Assembly (NCBI GenBank): GCA_012295275.1
Contig: CM022678.1
Location: 9,920,001-9,984,000 of the forward strand
Origin: Chrysomallon squamiferum
Lineage: Eukaryota; Animalia; Mollusca
DNA length: 64,000 nucleotides
Direction: 5' to 3'
Shown one piece after another: positions 20,500-33,200 of the stretch. Made by a program: the position numbers and the translations under genes. Position 1 is the first letter of the stretch. Each line of letters starts with the position of its first letter. Under the pieces are notes generated by a model, which searched no databases, was not told the origin of the DNA, and saw nothing but the letters and a program-made list of their open reading frames with translations.

Positions 20500-21277
20500 T
20501 AGTAACACTAATAATAATAATAATAGTAATAGTAATAATAATTGCAATAGTAGTAATAATAATAATGACAATAATAATAATAATAATAATAATAATAATT
20601 GTTGTCTTTTTCTATTCATTAAAATGAGTTTCAAACTACCAAGTAAAGAGGTGCACATACACATGCATATACACACACATGACTACAAACTCTTAGATAC
20701 TTTTAATTCATGACTTTGTTATTTAACAACAAAATGAATTAACATTTGCTAGTATAAGGAATGAAACATTCAGATATTGTGAATTTTTTTTCTTCTTTAA
20801 TATGTAAACATAATAAAAAAAATTTAAAAACAATTTAATATAAGTACATTATACAGAACTTTGTAAGAGCCCCAACACAAAAAAATAAAAAAGAAAAGAA
20901 AATAAAAGAAAAAAATAAGTTTTGGTTACAGGAGAGATACAATATATTTGCTATCATTCCAGGAAGGGCCTCTATGGAACTTTAATCCATAATGTATCAA
21001 AGAATTTGTATTACATTTTAGAATGAACAAGAATTATTATTTGTTTCTCACTTTTAATACAACAAAAGACAAATATTGAATAATAATATATCTTGTAAAA
21101 TGCATATAAAGTTGTATAAAGAGAAATCAATATAAACATGTAGGTATGTTCCAAGAACACTATATTTCAACTTGCATCTGTTAGTATGTGATAAATAATT
21201 AAAATATAAACAAAATATTTACAGTGGATTCTATAAAAACAGGACACTAGGGTAATGCCATTTTAGACTGCACACTT

Positions 21278-21485
21278 ATAAAGATTGAAACAAATGGAAT
21301 TTTCTTATTACAAATGTCACTGTCAAGGTTTTAGACTTATTGCAGAGCTATAAAGATTAAAATAATATAAAATTGGAATATTTTTTTAATTACAAATGTT
21401 AAGGTTTTAGACATATTGCAAATTTATAAAGATTAAAATAACATAAAATTGGAATATTTTTTATTACAAATGCTACAGTTAAGGG
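21278..21485. repeat. ~78-bp tandem repeat, ~2.5 copies
   Basis: ataaagatt...ggaat...attacaaatg...aaggttttagac.tattgca repeats in tandem. Confidence 0.8.
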
Positions 21486-21532
21486 CCTTTCAAGTCTTAG
21501 CAGAGAAATAGTATGGCACTGATGATATAATA

Positions 21533-21573
<41 letters not shown>

Positions 21574-22220
21574 TAACAATAATAATAATAATAATACTTG
21601 TTTTTTTTATATACAGGAAATTGCCCTGATCTGCAACTATTTGTATGAATTACTATAACTTTTCTTAGAATTCAAAGTTTTCCAGATTAGTTCCAAAACA
21701 GAAAATTGAAACAGATTTCCAATGAAAAAAAAATATATATATTAACTTTGAAATTTAAAAAAATATATATTAAATCACAAAAAAGAAATAAAAGAGAATA
21801 ATTAAAGATATGTTTCTTCAACTTTTCTCTGTGATTTGAACAATTAGGAATTAAAATGTGACTGAAATTTAACAAATAGTTACACAGTAAACACTTTTTA
21901 TATAATTGTTATTATTTTTAAAATATTTTTAAAATTCTCATTGTTATTGGAATAAAAAATATATCAAAAATGTATCATTAAGTTCCATTCAAAAGAAAAA
22001 AAGAAAAAAGAGAAAGAACACTGAAATAATTTACTTTTATATCTAAAAATAAAATACAAGCAGAATTATTTTTCATACAGTAAGGATGATAAAATGAGAA
22101 ATACAGATATTTACAATCAGACATAGTATTTTCATGTATATCTTCAAATGTCTATCATAAATTACTTCATGTCCAAAAAAATAATGTTTTTTTCTTTTTT
22201 TTTTTGTTATAAATAAATGT

Positions 22221-22704
22221 TAATTATCCCTAATTAGATCATTTTAAATATATTTATACAACAACCCTTGATTTACCCTGATTTAAATATGATAAGGAAA
22301 AAAACTGTTGTTTTTGTTTTGTTGTTTAATATAAAAAAAATTCTAATTACCCCTAATTACATAATCTTCAATTATATTTAAATTGATTACCCCCAGTAAA
22401 CCCTTGATTTTCTCCTGATTTAAATAATAAATTAAAAAAAATAATGTTGTTGTTTGTTTTTTTGTTGTTCTTTTATAAAAAATTCCAATTACCTCTAATT
22501 ACATAATTTTAAATATAATTTATACAATGATTACCCCAGCAAACCCTTGATTTTCCCATGATGCAAATATACAGAAAAAAGGGTTTTATTTTAAAAATTT
22601 ATAAAATTCTAATTAGCCCTAATTCTAATTACCCCTAATTACATAATCTTCAATTATATTTACATTGATTACCCCCAGCAAACCCTAGACATTCCCCTGA
22701 TTCA

Positions 22705-22736
<32 letters not shown>

Positions 22737-22928
22737 GTGTTGTTTTGTTTTTTTATAAAAAATTCTAATTACCCCTAATTACATAACTCTAAATATATTA
22801 AACCCTTGAATTTTCCCCAATTTAAATAATATGACAAAGAAAAAATAAATGTTTTTTTTTTTTCTTTAATTTTTAAATTATTTTTTTAATAAAATATTCT
22901 AATTACCCTAATTACATAATTTTAAATA
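22221..22928. repeat. Minisatellite array 1 (~120-145-bp unit, core aattacccctaattacataat...gattacccccagcaaacccttga)
   Basis: The core is seen at ~22222, 22345, 22487, 22627, 22767 and 22901, separated by variable A/T-rich linkers. Confidence 0.9.
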
Positions 22929-24320
22929 TGTGTACACTGGATGTTCTGAAAATATTGACAATGCAGTCTCTTGGAGATCACTGAGGTTTCAAAATTCAAA
23001 TTAGATTGATTTTATGATCTTACAGATTTTCTCTTGAAAGTGTTGTGCTTTCTCTGGACAGGGAAGACTGTGAAGTAATAGGATTCTGGTGCTCTAGTTA
23101 ATCTTTTCTGAAAACGTGTTTTACAGCATTTTCAACTGAAGTGCTGGCTGAGGCAGCTTGAATTCTGTTGTCTAGGATCCTACAACAAAATATAATATTC
23201 ATTAATAAACTAAACATAAAATAAAGTCCAAGTAGTATTTTTGTTGTCAGCTCTAACTGCATTTCACTGTCTTAGCAAGAAGAGTTTTATTTTTTTCATA
23301 CAATATTAATACTAAAAATAATTGATTAAATATATTTAAATTCTTAATTTCAATCAGTTTAATATTATTTTTTAGCTTTGATATAACAGGATTAAAACAG
23401 CAATACATCAGTAAAAGAGCTTATAAAAAATATTGTTTTAATATATTGAATAATTATGTAACTTGGTAAAATTTGATATTTACACTATGCTTTAGTCCAG
23501 TTTAAGATGACTGCCAGGAATATTAGGTAAATAAACATTTTAAACCTATATAGTATTACAACAGACAGTAAGAAAATGGTTTTCTAATTCGGATTCTACT
23601 TGAAATACTAACATGATGAAAATACATTTGAGATTATTCTGAAAATCTTTAATTAATGTTATCAATCATTATAGTTACATCATTAATAACAAATTATTTT
23701 ATTAATTAAAACATTTAATTGTAGTATTCTTTCCTGCCACTTTAATGTAATTTAATTTTTTCCATTAATGAAATATATTTTGTCTTAAAAATAAACCACA
23801 ATTATCCTATGAATTCAGGTAATAATTACAATAATGATCATGACGGTATATTTTAAAATGTATTTAAAACAAAGACAACATTACACATGCATGTGATAAA
23901 ATACGAAAAGAAGATAAATCTTTCAAGCCAATTTATGCATCTATACAACCTTTCAAATCCGTCAAAATTCCATCCGTTATACCAAATTTCAAAATACTGT
24001 AAATATCTTTAGTGCTACCAAATGAAGTAATAAATGTTTGTATTTCAGTTTAGAGTGAGATATTTATAACAGAAAATTACAAATTTATACAAATGTTCTG
24101 TTCACTACTCTATTAGGCTGGCATGCAAATTATTACAAGGTTTACACTGATTCTATTAATTTTCAGTGCATCAGTTTACAAAAACACAAATATATTATAT
24201 TTTCATGTATGATGCTTAATTCAGTATAAGAAAAAATATTTCAGTTTTGTGAATCACTGAAGAAATATTAAAAACTGAAATAAAATGGAAAGGTTTACAA
24301 TGAATAATGTATTTAAATAC

Positions 24321-24452
24321 CTGCTGGACAGCACCAAATACTTCAACTCTACTGGAGACTCAAGCTGCTCTTTGTTCCAAACTGTCAATTTGACTTTGTA
24401 TTTTATCAACAATTTCTTGAATATTTTTATCCTTAACAAGCCGATTTAATTT
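24321..24452 (-). pseudogene. IRAG/MRVI1/LRMP core coiled-coil exon with premature TGA
   Basis: The 132-nt exon is bounded TTTCAG|...CAG|GTATT and translates KLNRLVKDKNIQEIVDKIQSQIDSLEQRAA*VSSRVEVFGAVQQ. The TGA at 24360-24362 sits where the family has Arg. Confidence 0.78.
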
Positions 24453-25659
24453 CTGAAAATATAGAGTTTAAATCCACACATTAGAATACTGGTTTCTTCT
24501 ATTCCTATAAATACATGTGATACCCAGATGAAAGATCATTCGGTAAAACCTAATAGAAAGATTATTGAGTAAATACTGGTATTTCCTTGTTGTAAAACGG
24601 TTCAATAAATTGAGTCAGCATGAATCAATATAATTATAGTAAACTAAAATTTGAAATATAACCTTGTTTAAAATCTTTTGTTTTGTAATCTAATGAGATT
24701 TAATAATGCAGTTATCAGTTCAAATTATTTACTGAAAGATAATTTAAAGCTAGAGAGATAAAAAAAAAATCTAAAATAAAGATGAATTAAAGCTAAAGAA
24801 GAATTTTTCATTCAGAAACACCTTCAACAAAATTAACATAGATCTGTTTTTCTTTATGAACTGATTTCACAAATACCTCAACTTCATTCCTTAAGACATG
24901 TACTTCTTGGTTTTTGGGTTTGTTTTTTTCAAGTTTTTCTCCTGACATTTTACTGTTGAGATTGGTGACCTGGTGTAAGACTCACCAACTTAAGAATTGT
25001 TGTAGTCTGACGTGGTCGGCTTCAATGTCCAGGTCACCGAAATTGAGCTTTTCATCAGCAATACTTTCAACTACTCTGAGTCAGAGTCACATTGGTTTGA
25101 GGAAATAAATAAATAAACAAATAAATAAATAAAAAAATGAATAAAATACTTAAAAAATTAAAAAAATACTGCTACTACTATATTTACTGCAAACTTCATG
25201 CTACTTTTATTACCAACATTACTATAACTAATATTTACTATTATTCATGATTCAACTAGGGTTACTGTTATTGAAATAATACTCCTATTACTAAAATTAC
25301 TATCTATTAATAATGAAAGTGACATTTTTGCTCTCTTCACTATTACTCCTACGTCAGTATTTCTTTATACTAATACAATTACTACAACAACAACTATGAC
25401 TACTGTTACTACTACTATCTCTGCTGTTAACCTACTCTTCTTGTTATATTTATCATAACAATTTCTCTAAAAACAACTACTACTACTACTTTTGCCACTA
25501 CAACCAGTAATCTGACTACAAACAGTTTTTTAAATCACCATGAGTCTCACAAGATACATTACTATTACAAAGCTATGGAGACAGCATCATCAGATAAAAT
25601 ATGGCCAAGATCAATTCTACAACATTACTTTAACAAGCAGTATTATTACTCTACAAACA

Positions 25660-25905
25660 ACTATTGCTGTAACAACTACATTACTACCACAATGGCAATG
25701 ACTAATACTATTACTATAACAAACAGTACTATTATTTATAATGCTATAAGTACTAATGCTGTAACAACTACATTACTACCACAATAGCAATGACTAATAC
25801 TATTACTATAACAAGCAGTATTATCAATAATGCTACAAGTACTAATGCTGTAACAACTACATTAGTACAACAATAGCAATGACTAATAATTTATTACTAT
25901 AACAA
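25660..25905. repeat. ~90-bp tandem repeat, ~3 copies
   Basis: tgctgtaacaactacatta.tac.acaat.gcaatgactaata repeats at ~25665, 25757 and 25846. Confidence 0.85.
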
Positions 25906-26809
25906 CAACCTCTGTAGATGCTCCTGTTCTGCCATATTTTTGATGACATTTCTCTCCTGTGGTGAGCTCACAGAATTAGCTTTCATGTGTACAGAGCAGT
26001 TTCTGAAAAACAAGTTTTTTAATTTATTTACCTTTGTAGTTATATATATATTTACAACAAAATAATCAGGTTTATTTGAATGGAAGTGTTGTGTTTGTGT
26101 GTGTTTAAGAAAGAGAGAGAAAAACATGATATAAAATGCAGTGATACAAGATTCTAATGTATGTGCATGTGTACTTACTGATATATGTTACAAAATGCAA
26201 CTTCCTACATTAAATCAAATTAAACTTCATTAGGTTTTGAATAATGAGAAAACAAACTTAAATTCACCTGTTCAGGTTTTTTTCCTTCTTTTCCAGTGGC
26301 AGCAGTATAAACTTTATCCTCAGTGCTGGACAGCACCTTCTACTGAAACAACTTCACTAGCCAACATCAGCACATCAATTATGAGCATTTCTGAAAGAAA
26401 AAATACAAATAAAATAATAAAAATAATAAACTGTTATAAATAAATAACTAATGTTTCTGTTATTATTAAAACTTAAATTGTACTGGTACCAGTTACTGGA
26501 TTATTCAGACACAAAGGGTTGTGGGATATTTTTGATATACTTTGCATAATCATTATAATGATAATGATTAAAATGGTAATAATTTAAATAATTAAAAAAA
26601 CAATAGCAAATAAATGATTATTATTATGCTATTTTGCAATCAGTAAAGAGTTGTTACTATAAAACTGATAAAACTGATTTAATTGCTGTTCAGTTATAAG
26701 TGTCTAACCAGAGAACAGTTTAATTATTTCTAATCAAACTGTCAGTTAAATGTGACTACTTTTAGTTTTTATGGGGAACAGTTTGTGTGTGTGTGTGTGT
26801 GTGTGTGTT

Positions 26810-26842
<33 letters not shown>

Positions 26843-27527
26843 GAGAGAGCATGCACATGCATGCAGTATTCTAATTTTATCATGGAACTCATGACTGGCC
26901 TGTACAGAGCTACACTGGGTTACTTATAGTATTTCATGGAATGATGTCAGTATTGTGTTAATTAGTTAGCTCTCCTGTCTCTAAAACTAGAACTGCTACA
27001 GCATTAAATAAAAAAGTGGAAGAGTATAAAGTTAGTTATATGACTTTCAAGAAAATTTGATTAAAATTAAGTGCCAAAAACTTTGTTTCCAAATAGTTAT
27101 GAACAAGAACTAGCATAAAGTTATCATTTTAATAAACAAACAAACAATTAAATAAATTAATAATGTAACAATAAAAAAGAGAAGAAAAAAAGAAGAAAAC
27201 CAAAAAAAACAAATAAGTAAATAAATAAATAAATAAATGATGAACATCTAAATATTAAGAAATAAATAAATAAATAAATACATAAACAGACAGACAAACA
27301 AATAAATAAATAAAGACATATATAACCAATAACTAAGTAAATAAAGATATAATTACTCTGCTGTTGTCTGACTCGCTCTCCAAGGCCTGTGTCACGGTGA
27401 TGTCATCAAACGTCAACATTTTGGACAACAACGATTCTTCAGGCTGTAATTTAATTTAATAAAAACTAGAATATATTTAACTCTCAGTTAAGTGTTGTAG
27501 TGATGATCTGAATAACCTGAATTTTTT

Positions 27528-28069
27528 AATTTATTATTGTATATGTACAGAAATCTAATATATGTATTTCGAAGTAATTCTTTCTTATGAAGTTTAAATA
27601 ACAACATGATTATTGTTTTTATCTTTTTTTTACATTATGAACTCATTCTTGTAGTATTTACCTTTCTGATGCACCTGAAAACATCTACTGAGACCCTTTG
27701 TAAATGTAGATAATCCCTTTCTTATTATATTAATCTCCTCTGCATAATATCAAAAATATTTATGATATTTCCATATATGCTGTACTCAAATGACATGCTT
27801 GCCACATATACATATATATATATAAAACAACTACTATACACATATATATATAAAACAACTACTCTATACATATATATTTCAAAACAGTAAAATGCATACT
27901 CTTTACATGGTATCATGTTTATATCCAAGTTTGTTTCTTTCAGTATTATTACTACTATAAACTAAGTAATTTGGAATATCATGTTATATAGGGTAAGAAT
28001 AAAATAATAATAACAATGATACACTTATTTGTAACATGAAATCACATAATCCTAGGTGTATCTTCTGAC

Positions 28070-28154
<85 letters not shown>

Positions 28155-28362
28155 TGATGGCCATCTTTACTTCACAAATATCAGTATTAATCTAACAAGA
28201 AAATGTTGTACCATGGGTTCTATTATTAATACTAGTGATTAATTTAATCTTATCAATATTAATACAAATAATAAATTTCCGATTTTAAGATTTATTATTA
28301 ATTATAGTAAATTTACTTCGAAATACATATATTAGATTTCTGTACATATACAATAATAAATT
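27528..28362. repeat. Perfect 50-bp inverted repeat (27528-27577 / 28313-28362), 735-bp spacer
   Basis: The left arm aatttattattgtatatgtacagaaatctaatatatgtatttcgaagtaa is the exact reverse complement of 28313-28362. Confidence 0.95.
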
Positions 28363-28734
28363 TACTAATGACAGCAATAACTTTACTAAACTTCCTATAT
28401 TTAACAATATATTTACTATTACTAAAATTGTTAATACAGTATTAATGCTATTAGTCAATTGGCTAATATTACTAGGTATTATTAATATTAGTGAATTTGC
28501 ACATACAATACAGTTATAATATATACATTAACATCAGTAATGAAATCTGCCAATATAAGTAGTAAGAAATGTATAAATTTACTAAAAATATAATTAACAG
28601 AAGTACTGCAAATATGCTAACATTATAAAGATACCAATAATATTAGTATTCGCAAAAGTATAAATCTGCTAATAACATCAGTATTAACAAAAGCTGCATA
28701 TCACTGTAATGCAAATTATAAAATCACACATACA

Positions 28735-28790
28735 AAAGACACACAGTGTACTGTAAATTTAAATGCATTACCATTCCAGTTCATTTAAAA

Positions 28791-28833
<43 letters not shown>

Positions 28834-29270
28834 GTACTGAACACCAAAAATTCACTGTGCAACTGTATTTTAAATTTAAAAAACATTACCTATATGCACT
28901 CTGTATTTTAAATTTAGAAACAGATCATACACATACACACAGTATTGTAGATTTAAAAACAACTCACATACACCGTGTTGTAAATTTAAAAATACATCAC
29001 ACACACACACAACACACACACACAACTGTATTGTAAATGTAGAAACACTACAATTGCTGTACAATTTAAAAACACTAAAACACACACACAGTATAATGTA
29101 AATATAAAAATAACAAAAGACACACACAGTATAATGTAAATTTAAAAACTACACAAGTGCACAACTATATTCTAAATCTAAAAACACATTACACACTACA
29201 CACTTATGCGTACACAGTATTGTAAGAACTACACACCTATGCACACACTCTTTTGTAAATTTAAAACACT
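28735..29270. repeat. Degenerate short-unit tandem array (cacacagtattgtaaatttaaaa-like)
   Basis: About ten variably spaced copies of a ca-run + gtattgtaaatttaaaa motif. Confidence 0.8.
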
Positions 29271-29739
29271 TACTATGCAGTAATTTATACTATTCAGAAC
29301 TTTCTTATACTAACTATACAAATAGACTATATTGTGATAAAATGTTCAAAATGGCAGAAAACAAAAATCACAGATTACAGTATCTGGAGTGTAGATATTG
29401 TTTAGATATTAATCTACATTCTCTGATCAAGTTTTTATTTCATTAATCCATGGCAGTACTGGTATCAGCAAACTGAATGTGTCAAATGTTTATATTAATC
29501 AGTCAACATTACTGTAACAACCTATTGTTTCCTAACACCAACATAAAATCAAGAACATTTTAATTTATTTATTTATTATTTTGGCTTTAAAATGAATTTT
29601 TTTCTGAATTTACTCAACAAACAAAACAGTGAATATATCTGCTATATTATCATTAAAAACCCAATATAAAGTCCTGAAATTTGCTTTTGCATATTTTCTG
29701 AAACCATCCACATATTATTTTGTTTTAATAAAAATGTTT

Positions 29740-30276
29740 AATTACCCCTAATTACATAATCTTCAATTATATTTAAATTGATTACCCCCAGCAAACACTT
29801 GATGTTCCCCTGATTTAAATAATAAATTAAAAACAAATGTTGTTGTTGTTGTTTTTTTTATATAAAAAATTCTGATTACATAATTTTAAATATATTTATA
29901 CAATGATTACCCCCAGCAAACCCTTGAGTTTCCCCTGAGGCAAATATAAGGAAAAATGTTTTTTATTTTTTTTTTTATAAAAAATTCTAATTACCCCTAA
30001 TTACATAACCTTCAATTATATTTAAATAATAATAATAATAATAATTTTAAAAAAAGTGTTGTTTTTTGTTGTTGTTTTTTTAAATAAAAAATTCTTATTA
30101 CCCCTAATTACATAATCTTCAGTTATATTTACATTGATTACCTCCAGCAAACTCATGTTGTTTTGTTTTGTTTTGTTGTTTTTTTTTATAAAAAAAATCT
30201 AATTACCCTAATTACATAATTTTAAATATATTTACATTGATTATCCCAGCAAACGCTTCATTTTCCCAATTTAAAT
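29740..30276. repeat. Minisatellite array 2, same unit and orientation as 22221-22928
   Basis: The aattacccctaattacataat core is at ~29740, 29989, 30097 and 30201, with a partial copy at ~29875. Confidence 0.9.
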
Positions 30277-33200
30277 AATACAAAAATTAGATGATTGATT
30301 AAAATATTTAACACCTCTATGCACTATCACATTAATTTTAGGTTATTTAGAAAAATGACATTCCATAGCAGTGATGAATCTCTATTCCTCTTTCAGACTC
30401 TAACCAAAACAAAACAGACAGAAATGCATTTAACACCACCTTCAAAAATAAAGTTAGACAGAATGAGATACTGACCAATGAGTATTACAACTAAAGGTAC
30501 AACCAGACTTGCTAATCTTAATTCATTGTCCAAAATCCCACAATAAAGGACAATTCATTATTTATTAACTATATCAAAACAGACATGAATGCTTTTCAGT
30601 CCTGATAACAACATGTTAATGTCATTCTGCATCAGGTAGCTGAATTCAGTCATTTTGATTACATATTGCATTACTTTTCTGGGACAGCATAGAACTGATT
30701 TTCTACATCTAATTTTCAATTTGATTAAAAATATAATTTTATAATCTGGCTTCAACAATAAATTTATCCAGAATAATAATCTTTTAATCCCAAAAGATCA
30801 AGAGAATTCCAATTAATTACAAATATTTAATTGCTAACATTTTAAAATGTGATGATATAATTGATTCAAACCACAAAAAAGTCCTTTATACCTACAAATC
30901 TTTTTGTTATATTTAAAAAAAATATATTTTTTTTATAACATTAAATGACAGCTGAATAAATTCATAAAAAAAAATTGTTTGTGAATATCATTCAGTTCAT
31001 TAGCTAGTTTATGTATATTATTCTAAACAAAACAAAACTGCAGTGATTAAAATGCTGAAGTGTTATCTTGAACTGAACTGAACTTTTATCACCTACAAAT
31101 CTGTAAGTATGTCTATTAAAGTTAACAGATTTGAATCGCGAATGAGGAAGTGATGCAGCTGATAAAAAAATAATAATAATTGAATAAAATAATGCAGATA
31201 CTGCAACACTAACACAGAAACTAATCAACTCTGTGTCATCTCATATATAAAGTTTTGACTTGTAGGAAACAAGAGTTGTAATGACAATGACAATATATAA
31301 CATAATTACCACCAACTTCATCACTATGCATTTTTCAGGAATATCATTGAATTTCTATAAAACATAATCAAGAAATGAAGTGCTGGTTTAGACTGGTTTT
31401 TGTTTTATTTTAATTATTATTATTGTTGTGGTAGTGGTGGTTGTTGCTATTATATATTTTCAAATAAATTGCTATTTTAGCTGATAAAGAAAAAAAGCAA
31501 ACAAAAAAAAATTAAATATTTAATTTTCAAGCAAACTACATAAGTATAAAATCTACTTACCTAAAAGGTCTTCGTGTGTCTCTTAACCGAAGCTGGTCAA
31601 TAAAACCCCTGAAATGCTGGACATCACAGGATCCAAACTTTGTGCTGGTGGTACGATAGCTATATTTAAACAACTATCTTGTTTCATGTACGAGTCACTG
31701 TTTCCTACTATTTGTTCAAGATCGGGCAATTTTGTGGATTTTGTACAGTCCCCTTTTTTTAGCCAGATTTATCTAAATAAACAAATATAGAAAGAAAAAT
31801 TAATAAAATAAAAATAAAATAACTATAAATAAAAAATCTAAATCTTAATGTACATTATTTAAATGACTGTTTTTTTTCCCAATTCCAGGCTAGGAGCATA
31901 TGATTAATTTGCACAATTAAATCTTTGGGAAAAAAAATTTCAGACATGGAAAATTATTATAAATTATCAATGAATTATACTTTAACAATGTTTTAATACT
32001 GGCTTTATTTATGTGCATATGATGGTAACATTCAAGAAGCAGCAAAAATAACTTTAAAAAAAACTAAATCCTTTGCCTGAGCAAACTTACAGTTAATGGC
32101 CACTGGCCATTACAAGCCCTGCATTCATATTACACACGTACTTACACACATTACTGTTATTTATTATTATAAAACATGTTGATACCACTTACTTTAGAAC
32201 AGTGCTCTGTTTTATTGACTTCCTCTGACTTTGTATCAGATGAATTTGTCAGCTTCAGGGTTTTTTTCTCAAAATCACCTGCAAAACCAGAAAGAGATTT
32301 AAAATTATAATAGAATTATATCTCATAGGGAAAAAACAAAAACAAATTTATAAATAAAAATTAATGAAAGGCTTTTAATCCCAAATCTGCACTAATTACT
32401 TCTGCTAGTTAGATTCTTCAATAGAATGAAGGTCAGATCTGTAGCTGATGGATGCTATTAATTTAAATGTTATGATAAACATGCAGAGAAGTTTTGAATG
32501 CCAGTATTTAAAAAAATTAATAATATAAATAAATTGAATATTAAAAATAAAATTAAAAATTAAATATAAATAAAAAGATACAAAGATAAAAGAGATAACA
32601 GTAAAGGAAAGTGAAGATAAATGAAAATTCTCAAATTTATAGTGAAATAAATCAACATTAAAACAAAAATCATTGCATAATGCAGAACAGAATTGTTAAA
32701 AGTATTAAACTTGATTAAAAAAAATGTGAAAGATTAAAAAAAAAAAAAAACCAAAACATGCAAATTTAAAGTAATAGAAAATCAAAACTTCTGTCTTAAA
32801 GCTTGCAATTTGAAACTTTTATTTGCAGTTGTAAAATTAATGAAAGTAAAAAATAAACAAATAAAGTATTTTCTAATAATCTAACAAACTCAAGAGGCAA
32901 CATTTCACTGTAAATATTATAACCACATTGATTAAAACAAAAAAGAGATGAACACAGAAATTATTTATATTTTAATTACAATGAAAATAAATTTCAACTT
33001 TACAAACAAACAAATAACAAAACACAAAATTGTAAATACCATGTTTATTATAAAAATAATATTAATGTATTGCTGTCTAAGTATTATTTCTATGAAATCT
33101 ATGGAAAAATAAATAAATATATATTCAAAATAGCTAACCTGAAATATATTTTATTTGATATATTTATTGAATTATATAAACAAAACAACTCCCAGTAAGA

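Noticed and set aside
22221-22928. CRISPR-like repeat-spacer pattern (also 29740-30276)
   Set aside because: The linkers are homologous low-complexity A/T runs of irregular length rather than unique spacers, so this is a minisatellite.
24360-24362. In-frame TGA as selenocysteine or readthrough
   Set aside because: It aligns to a family Arg, so CGA>TGA deamination in a CpG-depleted region is simpler. Neighbouring exons have further stops, and no SECIS was identified.
26324-26337. 14-bp match (tgctggacagcacc) shared with 24322-24335
   Set aside because: The similarity does not extend convincingly on either side; too short to claim exon duplication.
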